Below, piece by piece: positions 47,174 through 54,956 of a stretch of 64,000 nucleotides of DNA. The translations under genes were made by a program, and so were the position numbers. Where the stretch lies: IMG/VR virus record IMGVR_UViG_3300005937_000010, positions 8,089-72,088 of that record. One strand, 5' to 3'. How positions within the stretch are numbered: the stretch's first letter is position 1; each line of letters begins with the position of its first letter. This stretch comes from a virus. Lineage: Duplodnaviria > Caudoviricetes. The notes below the pieces were generated by a model that saw only the letters and a list, made by a program, of their open reading frames with translations, did not search any database and was not told the origin of the DNA.

Positions 47174-47598
47174 TACTCAGTAGGCTCCTCTGCCAAGCTG
47201 TCGCCACGCAGGAGCGCTGCCGCAAAGGCATCGCCGTTCTGTGCCCGGTACTGCAACTCCAGCGTCCGCTCCGCAGCATGATCGACGGGCTGCGGATCGT
47301 AGTTGGGCACGTTCACGAGGCAGCATTCGTCGTACGTGTCGTAGGCCATGGACAACAGCGCGTCGGGTACTTGCTTGCGAAGCTCCAGAAGCTTCTTGCC
47401 AAGTAGCTCAGGGTCGCGCATGTCCCTCGGAGGAGGCGGCGGCGTCGGGGGTGGGACGGGCTTAGGTTGTTCCACGGCGAGTGACAATCTGGACACCTTC
47501 CTTGCGCACATCCTTGGCACCCTTGATCTTGGGATCGGCCACCCGCTTCTGCGGGTTGCTGATCGCCTCGTTCGTGTTGATGATCTTGTCACCCTCAT
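47173..47598 (-). CDS. Hypothetical protein (start uncertain)
   Basis: Pro-rich N-terminal part. Confidence 0.45.
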   Translation of the reverse strand: MRVTRSSTRTRRSATRRSGWPIPRSRVPRMCARKVSRLSLAVEQPKPVPPPTPPPPPRDMRDPELLGKKLLELRKQVPDALLSMAYDTYDECCLVNVPNYDPQPVDHAAERTLELQYRAQNGDAFAAALLRGDSLAEEPTE

Positions 47599-47638
47599 CG
47601 GGTGCCACGCTCTCGTAGTTCTGTGGGTCGTCAGGCAT
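47462..47638 (-). CDS. Hypothetical protein
   Basis: AAGGAGG RBS. Confidence 0.45.
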   Translation of the reverse strand: MPDDPQNYESVAPDEGDKIINTNEAISNPQKRVADPKIKGAKDVRKEGVQIVTRRGTT

Positions 47639-48989
47639 TGGGCCTCCTTTTGTTCTTGGCAGCTTCCAACTGCTCGTTCTCAACAGCCTCCGCTTCGTCA
47701 AGACCCTCATCGTAGTAGCTCCAATCCGGCGCATTGTCGTACTTGGTAACGCCGGTATTGGCATCGAAGTAGACCTCGTAGCGGAACCCCTGTCCGAACC
47801 GGCTCTTGCTGCACCGCACGATCAGGCGGCGCTCCTGGCTGACGTGCTTGACTCCGATCACGTAGTCGCTCAGGTGGTTCAGTTGCTTGCTCCCGAAGCC
47901 ACCCGCCTTGTGCGGAGCGTCCTCGCGGGCACGGATGCTGTCGCCCTCGTGCGCCTGGTTGGAGAAGACGATGGGAACGTGGTAGCGCTCGCTCAGGACG
48001 TGGAGGCTCTCCGCGATCCATGCCGTCTCCTGCCAAGTGTTGCCCTCGCGGTGGTAGCGCACCGGCTTGAGCAGGTAGATGGGATCCACGAGTACCAAGT
48101 CCAGGTCAAGCTCCACGATCCTGTCCTCGATGTACCCGACGCCCATCTGATCCTTCATGCCCGTGCCTGCCAAGAGATGAATCTGCCCCGGCATCTCCCG
48201 CAGGTACTCGCAGAAGCGCTGGTACGCCTTGAGGTTGAAGCCCTGCCGGTGCATGAGGGCGCGGTTGCGGAAGCTGTGCTTGATCCCAAGATCGAGCTTG
48301 ACCATCGGGTCGGCGCTTGCCAAGGTGTGGTAGCGGCACCGAGTCTCATGGGCATTCTGCTCCGGCGAGAAGATCCCCACGTTCTTGTGCTGCTTCTTGG
48401 CGTGCCACCCGAACGCGACCATCTTGTAGCTCTTACCTTCCCCTGTCCTGCCAAGCACTTCTATGAACTGGCCGGGGAGGAAGCCGCCGAGATGGTGGTC
48501 GAGCCAGGGGTCGCCGGTCAGCACGCCAATGGTCATTCCCTGCTTGGCAAGGATCATCCCCTGGCGCATCTCCTCAACCACCGGCTCCCACTCGTCCAGG
48601 TCGATGTCGCCCAGGGGCATGTGCTTGCGGGTGACGGCCGTGAGCCTGTCCCGCATCTGCATCGCCACGTCCACGGCGTTGTCCTTGTTCACGCTCTCTG
48701 CCAAGGTGGCCAGGATCGTGTTCACTTCTTCAAACGCACGTTCTTCTTTCAACTCCTGTGCCAAGTCCTCGATGCTCTCCCGTGGCATCCGCCACTCAAA
48801 GTCCGGGAAGCGCTCCGTGAAGACACGGCGGTTCAGGGTCTTGCGCCTGCCAAGACGATTCTCGATCCAGACGAACTCGTCCTCGTAGATCGGAAAGTCG
48901 GCACGGGAGATGCCATTGGAGTACAGCTTACGAAGGGCGGAAGCTCCGTCCTTCACGAGCACGGTGATTGTGAGCGATTCAATGCTCAT
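47631..48989 (-). CDS. DnaB-like replicative helicase
   Basis: GRTGEGKS, FSPEQ, LVLVDPIYL, VFSNQ, KSRFG. Confidence 0.9.
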   Translation of the reverse strand: MSIESLTITVLVKDGASALRKLYSNGISRADFPIYEDEFVWIENRLGRRKTLNRRVFTERFPDFEWRMPRESIEDLAQELKEERAFEEVNTILATLAESVNKDNAVDVAMQMRDRLTAVTRKHMPLGDIDLDEWEPVVEEMRQGMILAKQGMTIGVLTGDPWLDHHLGGFLPGQFIEVLGRTGEGKSYKMVAFGWHAKKQHKNVGIFSPEQNAHETRCRYHTLASADPMVKLDLGIKHSFRNRALMHRQGFNLKAYQRFCEYLREMPGQIHLLAGTGMKDQMGVGYIEDRIVELDLDLVLVDPIYLLKPVRYHREGNTWQETAWIAESLHVLSERYHVPIVFSNQAHEGDSIRAREDAPHKAGGFGSKQLNHLSDYVIGVKHVSQERRLIVRCSKSRFGQGFRYEVYFDANTGVTKYDNAPDWSYYDEGLDEAEAVENEQLEAAKNKRRPNA

Positions 48990-49042
48990 GGCCGACAGCT
49001 TGGCACTTCGGGTGATCCACCTAAAACCCCCACCCGTCCAAC

Positions 49043-49061
49043 TGGGTACCTTCGGTACCCA
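49043..49061. other. GAA-triloop hairpin in AT-richer gap upstream of helicase
   Basis: TGGGTACC-TTC-GGTACCCA. Confidence 0.45.
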
Positions 49062-49149
49062 CGCGCATGCGTACGCGGGAGAGCTTTCATGCAAATCACG
49101 TTTCTTCTATCCAAAATACTGCACAGCAGAGAAAACACTGCCAAGCTGT

Positions 49150-49446
49150 TCATCTCAAGACCTCGGTGCAAACGATCATGGCCTTCTTGAGCCAAACCCT
49201 TGTCACTCCATCAATAAGGATCTGGATGTCGTACCTGTCCACTTGCTCGATCAGGCCGACGACGGTTCCGTCGTAGTCAAGATCGTCTTCGTTGGATAGG
49301 TACGTCTCGCAGGCCAAAGCAAATCTCACCCTCGTGCCTTCGTTCTTGGCACGGAACAGGTCTTGGTCGTATCGGCTGTGCTCTCGCTTCTTCACTGGCC
49401 GTGCCACTGGAGGCGCACTGCCATCGTCATTGGTTTTGACTGCCAA
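49150..49446 (-). CDS. Hfq/Sm-like protein
   Basis: GLIEQVDRYDIQI...KKAMI aligns by eye with Hfq GQIESFDQFVILL...KHAI; TTG start after AAAGGAG. Confidence 0.55.
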   Translation of the reverse strand: MAVKTNDDGSAPPVARPVKKREHSRYDQDLFRAKNEGTRVRFALACETYLSNEDDLDYDGTVVGLIEQVDRYDIQILIDGVTRVWLKKAMIVCTEVLR

Positions 49447-49481
49447 GTCAACTCCTTTGTGTTCGGGAACGGTCGGGGAGT

Positions 49482-49535
49482 AGAAAGCGGGCCTCGGCCT
49501 TAGCAGAGGCCCGCTACCTCCCGAACCGGAGGAAT
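49482..49535 (-). ncRNA. Candidate small RNA or attenuator leader
   Basis: Starts just downstream of a promoter; 5' AUUCCUCCGGUUCGGG then a perfect 10-bp stem and UUCU. Confidence 0.4.
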
Positions 49536-49540
49536 GGCCC

Positions 49541-49568
49541 AGTCTACCGATTCAGGTGGGCAAGTCAA
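49541..49568 (-). promoter_or_regulatory. Sigma-70-type promoter of replication operon
   Basis: TTGACT-16-TAGACT. Confidence 0.6.
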
Positions 49569-49573
49569 GCACC

Positions 49574-49611
49574 CTCTGTGCGGCCACAGGAAGCTCTGTG
49601 CGGCCACAGGA
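49574..49611. repeat. Two identical 18-bp repeats, each with an internal palindrome
   Basis: CTCTGTGCGGCCACAGGA at 49574 and 49594. Confidence 0.85.
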
Positions 49612-49640
49612 GTGTCCAAGGCGATACTTGACCCACCCTG

Positions 49641-49690
49641 GACGCCAGAGGCCGGGGGAAGGCGGGACAGCACTCCCCCGGCATGGCGCG
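49641..49690 (-). terminator. Long hairpin ending the late/lysis operon
   Basis: GCCGGGGGA...TCCCCCGGC with outer GCCA/TGGC. Confidence 0.5.
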
Positions 49691-49724
49691 TTCCGCCGTC
49701 TAGCGAGAATCGACGGCGAACTTG

Positions 49725-49823
49725 TCAGGATGTAAGATCCCACCCCCACAACAAGCCGATCAACAACACGATGAAGATGCCCCACACGGGCAGTGCTCCA
49801 TAGAAAGCCGGTGGCACGTTCAT
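49725..49823 (-). CDS. 32-aa TM peptide
   Basis: GGAGGAGG RBS; hydrophobic helix. Confidence 0.5.
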   Translation of the reverse strand: MNVPPAFYGALPVWGIFIVLLIGLLWGWDLTS

Positions 49824-49834
49824 GTACCTCCCTC

Positions 49835-50176
49835 CTATACGCCACACATCCGGCGCGTGTTCGGCCACGGCCCGAAGCCACGGCCGGAGTAGTAGGCGCG
49901 AGCCGCAACCTCGATCTGCGCATCGGCAGGCCAGTTGTGTGCCCACCCGTAGCGTCGAACGTAGTCGCGGCCGTACGCCAGCATGAAACTCTGATCCATC
50001 TGCAATCCACCGTAGTAGCCATTGCCGGTGTTACTCGTCCATGCACCCTCGTACCGATGGATGCACATGAATACTTGTTTGAGCCAACTTGGCACTTCTC
50101 TCTTTGCCTGGGCTGCTTGTCCCGTTGCCCCTCCAAGGGCAACCAGGAGGAGCACGGTTAGTATCAGCTTGCGCAC
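49835..50176 (-). CDS. Secreted Rpf-like lytic transglycosylase
   Basis: Signal peptide; CIHRYEG, NTGNGYYGGLQ, QIEVA, GPWP..C. Confidence 0.8.
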   Translation of the reverse strand: MRKLILTVLLLVALGGATGQAAQAKREVPSWLKQVFMCIHRYEGAWTSNTGNGYYGGLQMDQSFMLAYGRDYVRRYGWAHNWPADAQIEVAARAYYSGRGFGPWPNTRRMCGV

Positions 50177-50246
50177 TTGGTAGGAACCTCCCGATTTGCT
50201 GACTAGGCGCTGCCTCTACTACTTGGCAGTGTTGCTAGTTGTTGAT

Positions 50247-50429
50247 CTAGGTACCTCCTTTTTTCGTGGGCACGTCAGCGCGCCAGGCGGCAAGATGCGA
50301 GGCGACGTTGGCGTAGATAGATGCGGCCGAGATGAACGCGATGGAGTAGATCCACCCCGTCCAGATCGCAATGGGTATCACAACCAGCCATGCGATCATC
50401 AGCCAGAAGTTGACAAGCCGCCATATCAC
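50247..50429 (-). CDS. Two-TM membrane protein
   Basis: Hydrophobic helices. Confidence 0.55.
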   Translation of the reverse strand: MIWRLVNFWLMIAWLVVIPIAIWTGWIYSIAFISAASIYANVASHLAAWRADVPTKKGGT

Positions 50430-50734
50430 CGTAGCTTCTTGATCCGAACTGTCGGCGGGACAGGACGGTCACGGTTCAAGCGCACGTCGATGATCGCCTG
50501 CCGCCTGCTTGGCAGCGTGGTTCCGTGCGCGTACGTGGAATCGACAAGCTCGCGCATGTTCGTGCCGACTCCCCACTCGACGGCCTTCTGCACGAAGATG
50601 CGTCTTCCTTCCTCCGGGCCGTAGTCGTTCTGCATTCGCGCCCATGCCAGCTTGGCACCTTCCGAGTAGCTCTCCGGGAGAACGCCAAGCTGGAGCAGTT
50701 GCTCCGCAGCTTGTTCAAGGTCGCGTAGGCTCAT
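50426..50734 (-). CDS. Hypothetical protein
   Basis: Coupled ORF. Confidence 0.55.
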   Translation of the reverse strand: MSLRDLEQAAEQLLQLGVLPESYSEGAKLAWARMQNDYGPEEGRRIFVQKAVEWGVGTNMRELVDSTYAHGTTLPSRRQAIIDVRLNRDRPVPPTVRIKKLR

Positions 50735-50960
50735 CCTTCTCCTGCTCCGGCCAGTAGGTTTGAGTCGATTCCTCGTCCATCGAGAGCGGCGGTCGTGCGT
50801 ATCCGTGCTCAGGCGGGACGGGCTTGAGGATCGTCGGCTGGATCACCGGCGGCTTGGCAAGACTCATAACCGTGAACGCTCGCAGGATCATCCAGACAAG
50901 GGCCACGATCCCGACGACGGCTACGGCGAACATCCCGAACGTGTAGGCGTCGGCATCCAC
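50715..50960 (-). CDS. Single-TM protein in lysis region
   Basis: GTG start; FGMFAVAVVGIVALVWMIL. Confidence 0.5.
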   Translation of the reverse strand: MDADAYTFGMFAVAVVGIVALVWMILRAFTVMSLAKPPVIQPTILKPVPPEHGYARPPLSMDEESTQTYWPEQEKDEPTRP

Positions 50961-51181
50961 TATGCAGCGTCCTGGCGCGGCGGTGTCTCGGGCACATACG
51001 GCGGTTTGTTCGGCACCTGGAACACGGCCACGAGTCCGACGAAGAACGCAATCAGCGCCGTGAGTCCTTCCGACCATGACAAGCCACCGGAGACGAATCC
51101 GGCGACAAGTGCGCTCAGACCAGCGACGATGGCCGCGATGAACGCCTTGGCATACGGTGCGACTTTCTCAATGCCTGGCAT
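50960..51181 (-). CDS. Holin
   Basis: Two TMs; KAFIAAIVA...VFQVPN actinophage holin pattern. Confidence 0.7.
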   Translation of the reverse strand: MPGIEKVAPYAKAFIAAIVAGLSALVAGFVSGGLSWSEGLTALIAFFVGLVAVFQVPNKPPYVPETPPRQDAA

Positions 51182-51194
51182 CTTTCTCCTCTCG

Positions 51195-51419
51195 CTATAT
51201 CACCACGAGCATGCCCTCAACGAAGGCACGCAGTTCGGCTATGGACATGTCATTCGTAATCTCGTGGCGAGGATGCAGGATCACGAGCTTGGCATGCTTC
51301 GCATCTTTCAAGACGACACGGAACTGCCGACCCATGATTCTGCCAAGCTCGCGCACAGCTTTGCGCAGCCCCCTTGGGTTATCCCAATCCGATGTTCGGA
51401 CAACTCCTGGAGCCGCCAT
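51195..51419 (-). CDS. Hypothetical protein
   Basis: Start at MAAPGVV. Confidence 0.45.
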   Translation of the reverse strand: MAAPGVVRTSDWDNPRGLRKAVRELGRIMGRQFRVVLKDAKHAKLVILHPRHEITNDMSIAELRAFVEGMLVVI

Positions 51420-51424
51420 CTGCG

Positions 51425-51841
51425 TTACTCGTCCAGGATACAGGTTAGGATCGACGTGTGCCCTCCAGGCGTGTTGAAAATAACCTTCCCGAAGGTCGAT
51501 CCAGTAGGGCATTGAGATGCGCCACCACCCGGATCGCCCTTGTCACCCTTTGGGCCGGGTGGCCCTGCTGGCCCTGCTAGCCCTGTCGCGCCGGTTTCGC
51601 CCTTGTCACCTTTCGGCCCCGGCGGGCCTGCTGGCCCTGGCTCACCCTGTGGCCCCGGCGGGCCTGGCACCGTACTCGTGCCAACCTCAATCGTCACCGT
51701 CTTGGTAGGTTCCTGCGATCCGATACCGAGAGCAGTCGCCGTCAGGAAGCCACAGCCTGCCGCCAGTACCATGCCCGTTCCGATCCCTGCCAAAGTTCCA
51801 GGGCCGAGTCCTTTCAGGAAGTCGATGAACTGTCTAATCAC
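51425..51841 (-). CDS. Membrane-anchored collagen-like protein
   Basis: TM helix followed by Gly-X-Y repeats. Confidence 0.7.
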   Translation of the reverse strand: MIRQFIDFLKGLGPGTLAGIGTGMVLAAGCGFLTATALGIGSQEPTKTVTIEVGTSTVPGPPGPQGEPGPAGPPGPKGDKGETGATGLAGPAGPPGPKGDKGDPGGGASQCPTGSTFGKVIFNTPGGHTSILTCILDE

Positions 51842-52062
51842 CCGTCAGCCGCCTTTCTGCGAGGGCTGGACACGTCACGAAGCTCATACTTGGTACCCGC
51901 CTTGAACGCGGTCACCATTTCCTCGATGCGCTCGTTGCAGTTGTCATCCGCCTTGTGCTTGGATCGTCGCAGAGTAAGCAGCACAGCGATCACTGCCGAC
52001 ATTCCTGTCAGGAACGCGCCCCAGGCTGCGGGGTCGGTTGGGAAAATGAAGGCGACTGGCAT
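51838..52062 (-). CDS. Single-TM lysis-region protein
   Basis: [19 protein letters not shown]. Confidence 0.55.
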   Translation of the reverse strand: MPVAFIFPTDPAAWGAFLTGMSAVIAVLLTLRRSKHKADDNCNERIEEMVTAFKAGTKYELRDVSSPRRKAADG

Positions 52063-52063
52063 C

Positions 52064-52906
52064 TCACTTGTTCTTGGCAACCACGTACTCGTTGTCTTCC
52101 CACCAAAACTCAGGGATCGTGCTTGGCACGTTCGGGCGCTCACCCTGCTTGTTGTTCGCCAGCCAGTCGATCCAGTCCTGCTCGCCTTTGCTCATCCCAT
52201 GATTGGTGGCCACGGTGTGGATCTGCTTCTGTGCATCCCAGGCCCACCCAGGGATCGCCTCCGGCGTACCAGCCGGTCGCCTGGCCGGATCCCTGCTTGT
52301 GTTCTCGTACCAGTTGATCCACGGCCAGAACCAGGCTGGTAGCTCATCCATCTGATTGTCTCCCTTCCCTGCCAAGTGAACTCCGACACGCGAGCGGAAT
52401 GCGTTGTTGTCGAAGTGCGTAGCAATGTCGATCTTGCGGCTTGGTGCCCACTCACTGTGGCTCACCACCTGTTGCTCGTTGGTCGTGCCCTTGATGACGG
52501 CTGCCACACCGCGTGCCAAGATTTCGATGCGATCAGGAGGTAGCGGCGACGTTCCCGTGTGCTCGCACTCCACGCCCCAGGCGGTGCTGTTCCCTGTCAT
52601 GCCACGGCAGGAGCCGCCGTCCGGGATCCCGGCGTGGTTGGCACGCCCGGAGGCCACGACGTAGGCCACGTTGTCGTAGCCGAGGTACCAGTTGCACAGC
52701 GGGCCGGAAAGGTCGGAGCGGCCACGGACACAGATCAGCAAGCTTGGCGTCTTGTACCCGGCAGATGCGGGCGGGCCTGCGGTGTGGTGGACGACGTGCC
52801 CACGCGGGTTGAAGAAGGCATCGCCACGCGATTGCCAGTCCGCAACCTCCCTGACTGCCAAGCCGGCCGAACGGAGACGGTTGGCAATGCCAAGATCACG
52901 TCCCAC
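52064..52906 (-). CDS. Endolysin, N-acetylmuramoyl-L-alanine amidase (Amidase_2)
   Basis: HHTAG, ANHAG, GVECE, HSEWAPSRKID; duplicated Trp-rich C-terminal repeats. Confidence 0.85.
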   Translation of the reverse strand: MGRDLGIANRLRSAGLAVREVADWQSRGDAFFNPRGHVVHHTAGPPASAGYKTPSLLICVRGRSDLSGPLCNWYLGYDNVAYVVASGRANHAGIPDGGSCRGMTGNSTAWGVECEHTGTSPLPPDRIEILARGVAAVIKGTTNEQQVVSHSEWAPSRKIDIATHFDNNAFRSRVGVHLAGKGDNQMDELPAWFWPWINWYENTSRDPARRPAGTPEAIPGWAWDAQKQIHTVATNHGMSKGEQDWIDWLANNKQGERPNVPSTIPEFWWEDNEYVVAKNK

Positions 52907-53048
52907 GGCGACTCGCCTCCTCCTTCTCTGTCCACGACTTCTGTTCCTTGCCCTTGGGTACCAAGAGCTTCTCCGTCTCCTCGTCGCTGGCCGGGTCGAA
53001 CTCAAGCTCGCACCCGTCCAGATCGTCCTTGTCCTTCTTGTCAGCCAT
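52896..53048 (-). CDS. Small charged peptide
   Basis: MADKKDKDDLDG..., GAGGAG RBS. Confidence 0.4.
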   Translation of the reverse strand: MADKKDKDDLDGCELEFDPASDEETEKLLVPKGKEQKSWTEKEEASRRGT

Positions 53049-53256
53049 GATGCTCCTCGTGGTGATCGCCGTTCCTCTGAGCTTCCAACTCCTCGATCCG
53101 CGTCTGCATCTCGCGGCGCTGTGACTCGCTCAGATTGAGTGCGTTCTCCAGCATGTCGATGCGCACCGCCTGCTTGCCTGCCAAGAGGTAGAGATGAACG
53201 TTCTCGCGGTTCAACTCCAATGTCGAAGCCTGTTGGTCGATGTCCTGTGCTTCCAT
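53041..53256 (-). CDS. Small coiled-coil protein
   Basis: 71 aa helical. Confidence 0.5.
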   Translation of the reverse strand: MEAQDIDQQASTLELNRENVHLYLLAGKQAVRIDMLENALNLSESQRREMQTRIEELEAQRNGDHHEEHHG

Positions 53257-53271
53257 GTCCCGCCTTTCTTG

Positions 53272-54060
53272 TCAGCTTGCGTACTTCGGGACGAAATCGT
53301 AGTACGCACCAAGTCCCTGTGTGAAGCTGCTATTCCAGCCACCGTCGATAGCCCAACGGAGTAGCTGCAATCCTTCTCCCCCGTTCACGTTCCACGGGCC
53401 TGCCCATCCGTCGTAAGTCGAACCATTGTCGAAGAACACATACTCACCGCCACCGAGTACGAATGCCAAGTAGACGTGGTTGTGGTCAGAACCTCCTTCT
53501 AGCCTGCTCCAATGCATCTGGAAGCGCATTTGGTAGTACGTCGGGTTTGGATTCCCCGGCAACCAAAGAGTCGGATACGCACCAGCACCTTCGCCAACTG
53601 CATCCCACCATGACGCGCCAGCGTTATGCAGCGAGCCATTCCAGCGATTGTCATAACTCACGCATCCCGAACGGTAGCTCGTCCAGCCGGTGAACTCCTC
53701 ATCTTCCCACCACTGCATCAGATTGCCCCAGTTGAGCCAGCCTGCACCCGGCGCAGAGTTGCTCACATAGACACTGATCGAATGAGTAGCTTGGTAGCCT
53801 CTGGCATCGCGTGCGATGGCGGTGATCGTGTGCCAGCCGTTGCCGTAGAAGTGTGTGTCCAGTCCAACCGAGCCGCCAGGGCCAACCTCGCCGCCGATGT
53901 TGGCACCGTCCCACTGGTACTGGATGCCAACCACCCCGTAGTTGTCGGAGCTACTCGCCGCAATCGTGATCGTGTTGGCAACGGTGGCTCCGTTCCCAGG
54001 ACTGTAGACGTTGACGGACGGCCCGTACAGATCCAGGTGTGGGGGTGACAAAAGTCTCAT
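53272..54060 (-). CDS. Ig-like domain tail/fibre protein
   Basis: PSVNVYSPGNGATV...ASSSDNYGVVGIQY...HTITAIARD bacterial Ig pattern. Confidence 0.65.
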   Translation of the reverse strand: MRLLSPPHLDLYGPSVNVYSPGNGATVANTITIAASSSDNYGVVGIQYQWDGANIGGEVGPGGSVGLDTHFYGNGWHTITAIARDARGYQATHSISVYVSNSAPGAGWLNWGNLMQWWEDEEFTGWTSYRSGCVSYDNRWNGSLHNAGASWWDAVGEGAGAYPTLWLPGNPNPTYYQMRFQMHWSRLEGGSDHNHVYLAFVLGGGEYVFFDNGSTYDGWAGPWNVNGGEGLQLLRWAIDGGWNSSFTQGLGAYYDFVPKYAS

Positions 54061-54956
54061 ACTGCCAAGTTCCCTGAGACGGCCCACTCGTCCGTAGCCA
54101 GCTTGACAAGGGTGGCCAGCGCAAACTGACCGATGAACCTCAAGCCGGGGGTATAGCGCAGTGTCACGCCACCCGCAGCGGCAATCGTCGTGTTCCCCGG
54201 CCCATACTGCATGACGTTGATGATCGTTCCGACCGGGAAGGCTACGCTTCCGTTACTTGGCACCGTGAGCGTGTTGGCACCACCGACGTTCATCCGAACC
54301 ATGCCACCGGCATCTGCGAGTGCCAAGGTGTAGTTGCCGCCCTGGATGCTCACGTTGGACACGCCAGTAAGCCGGATGTCGTTTCCAGCGCATGCGTTGT
54401 TGACACCCGTGCCCAAGGCTCTGAGAGCCTCTGTGGCGGGCGCGGCGCTCACGGAAGGCTTGAGAGTGTTGGAAAGCTCCGCAGCCCCTACAACGCCGTC
54501 CTGGATCGTCCTGGCGTCCACTGCGTCCGTGGCGATCAAGCTGTTCGTGATGATGCTCGCCGTGAGTGGCACCGAAACGGGCTGCCAGTTCGGGGCGGCA
54601 TCGCTGCCCTTGTTCCACTCGATCTGATTCGTGGTCGTGTTGAGGATGATGAGGCCGTACGGGCGCGATCCTGCCGCGATGGCGTCTCGCTGCGCCGTCG
54701 TAAACGTGCCTGCGTACAGACCACCAAGCGCACGCAGGATGCCATCGGTGCGCAGCGCCGACGTGAAGCGTGCGTCGAGCGTCCCGTACTTGACAAGCTG
54801 GATCGCGCTGTCACCAAGACGCACAGTTGCCAAGTCGATGGTCTGTGCGAAGTTGGCTTGATCTGCTTTCATGTCCTGGATCGCGTTCATGTCACCGGCA
54901 TACAGCCGACCATTCGGCGCGATCCCTGTTGCATCGAACGTCTTGTACCGGCTCAT
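54057..54956 (-). CDS. Tail fibre protein
   Basis: YTLALADAG...LTVP...FPVGT fibre motif. Confidence 0.7.
   Translation of the reverse strand: MSRYKTFDATGIAPNGRLYAGDMNAIQDMKADQANFAQTIDLATVRLGDSAIQLVKYGTLDARFTSALRTDGILRALGGLYAGTFTTAQRDAIAAGSRPYGLIILNTTTNQIEWNKGSDAAPNWQPVSVPLTASIITNSLIATDAVDARTIQDGVVGAAELSNTLKPSVSAAPATEALRALGTGVNNACAGNDIRLTGVSNVSIQGGNYTLALADAGGMVRMNVGGANTLTVPSNGSVAFPVGTIINVMQYGPGNTTIAAAGGVTLRYTPGLRFIGQFALATLVKLATDEWAVSGNLAV

Noticed and set aside
49534-49803. Plus-strand 89-aa ORF preceded by CCCGAACCGGAGG
   Set aside because: The translation is not protein-like and it runs through a minus-strand promoter, repeats and hairpins. Treated as non-coding, though not fully excluded.
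51540-51670. Short nucleotide repeats in the collagen-like and histone-like genes
   Set aside because: Explained by Gly-X-Y and AKP amino-acid repeats.
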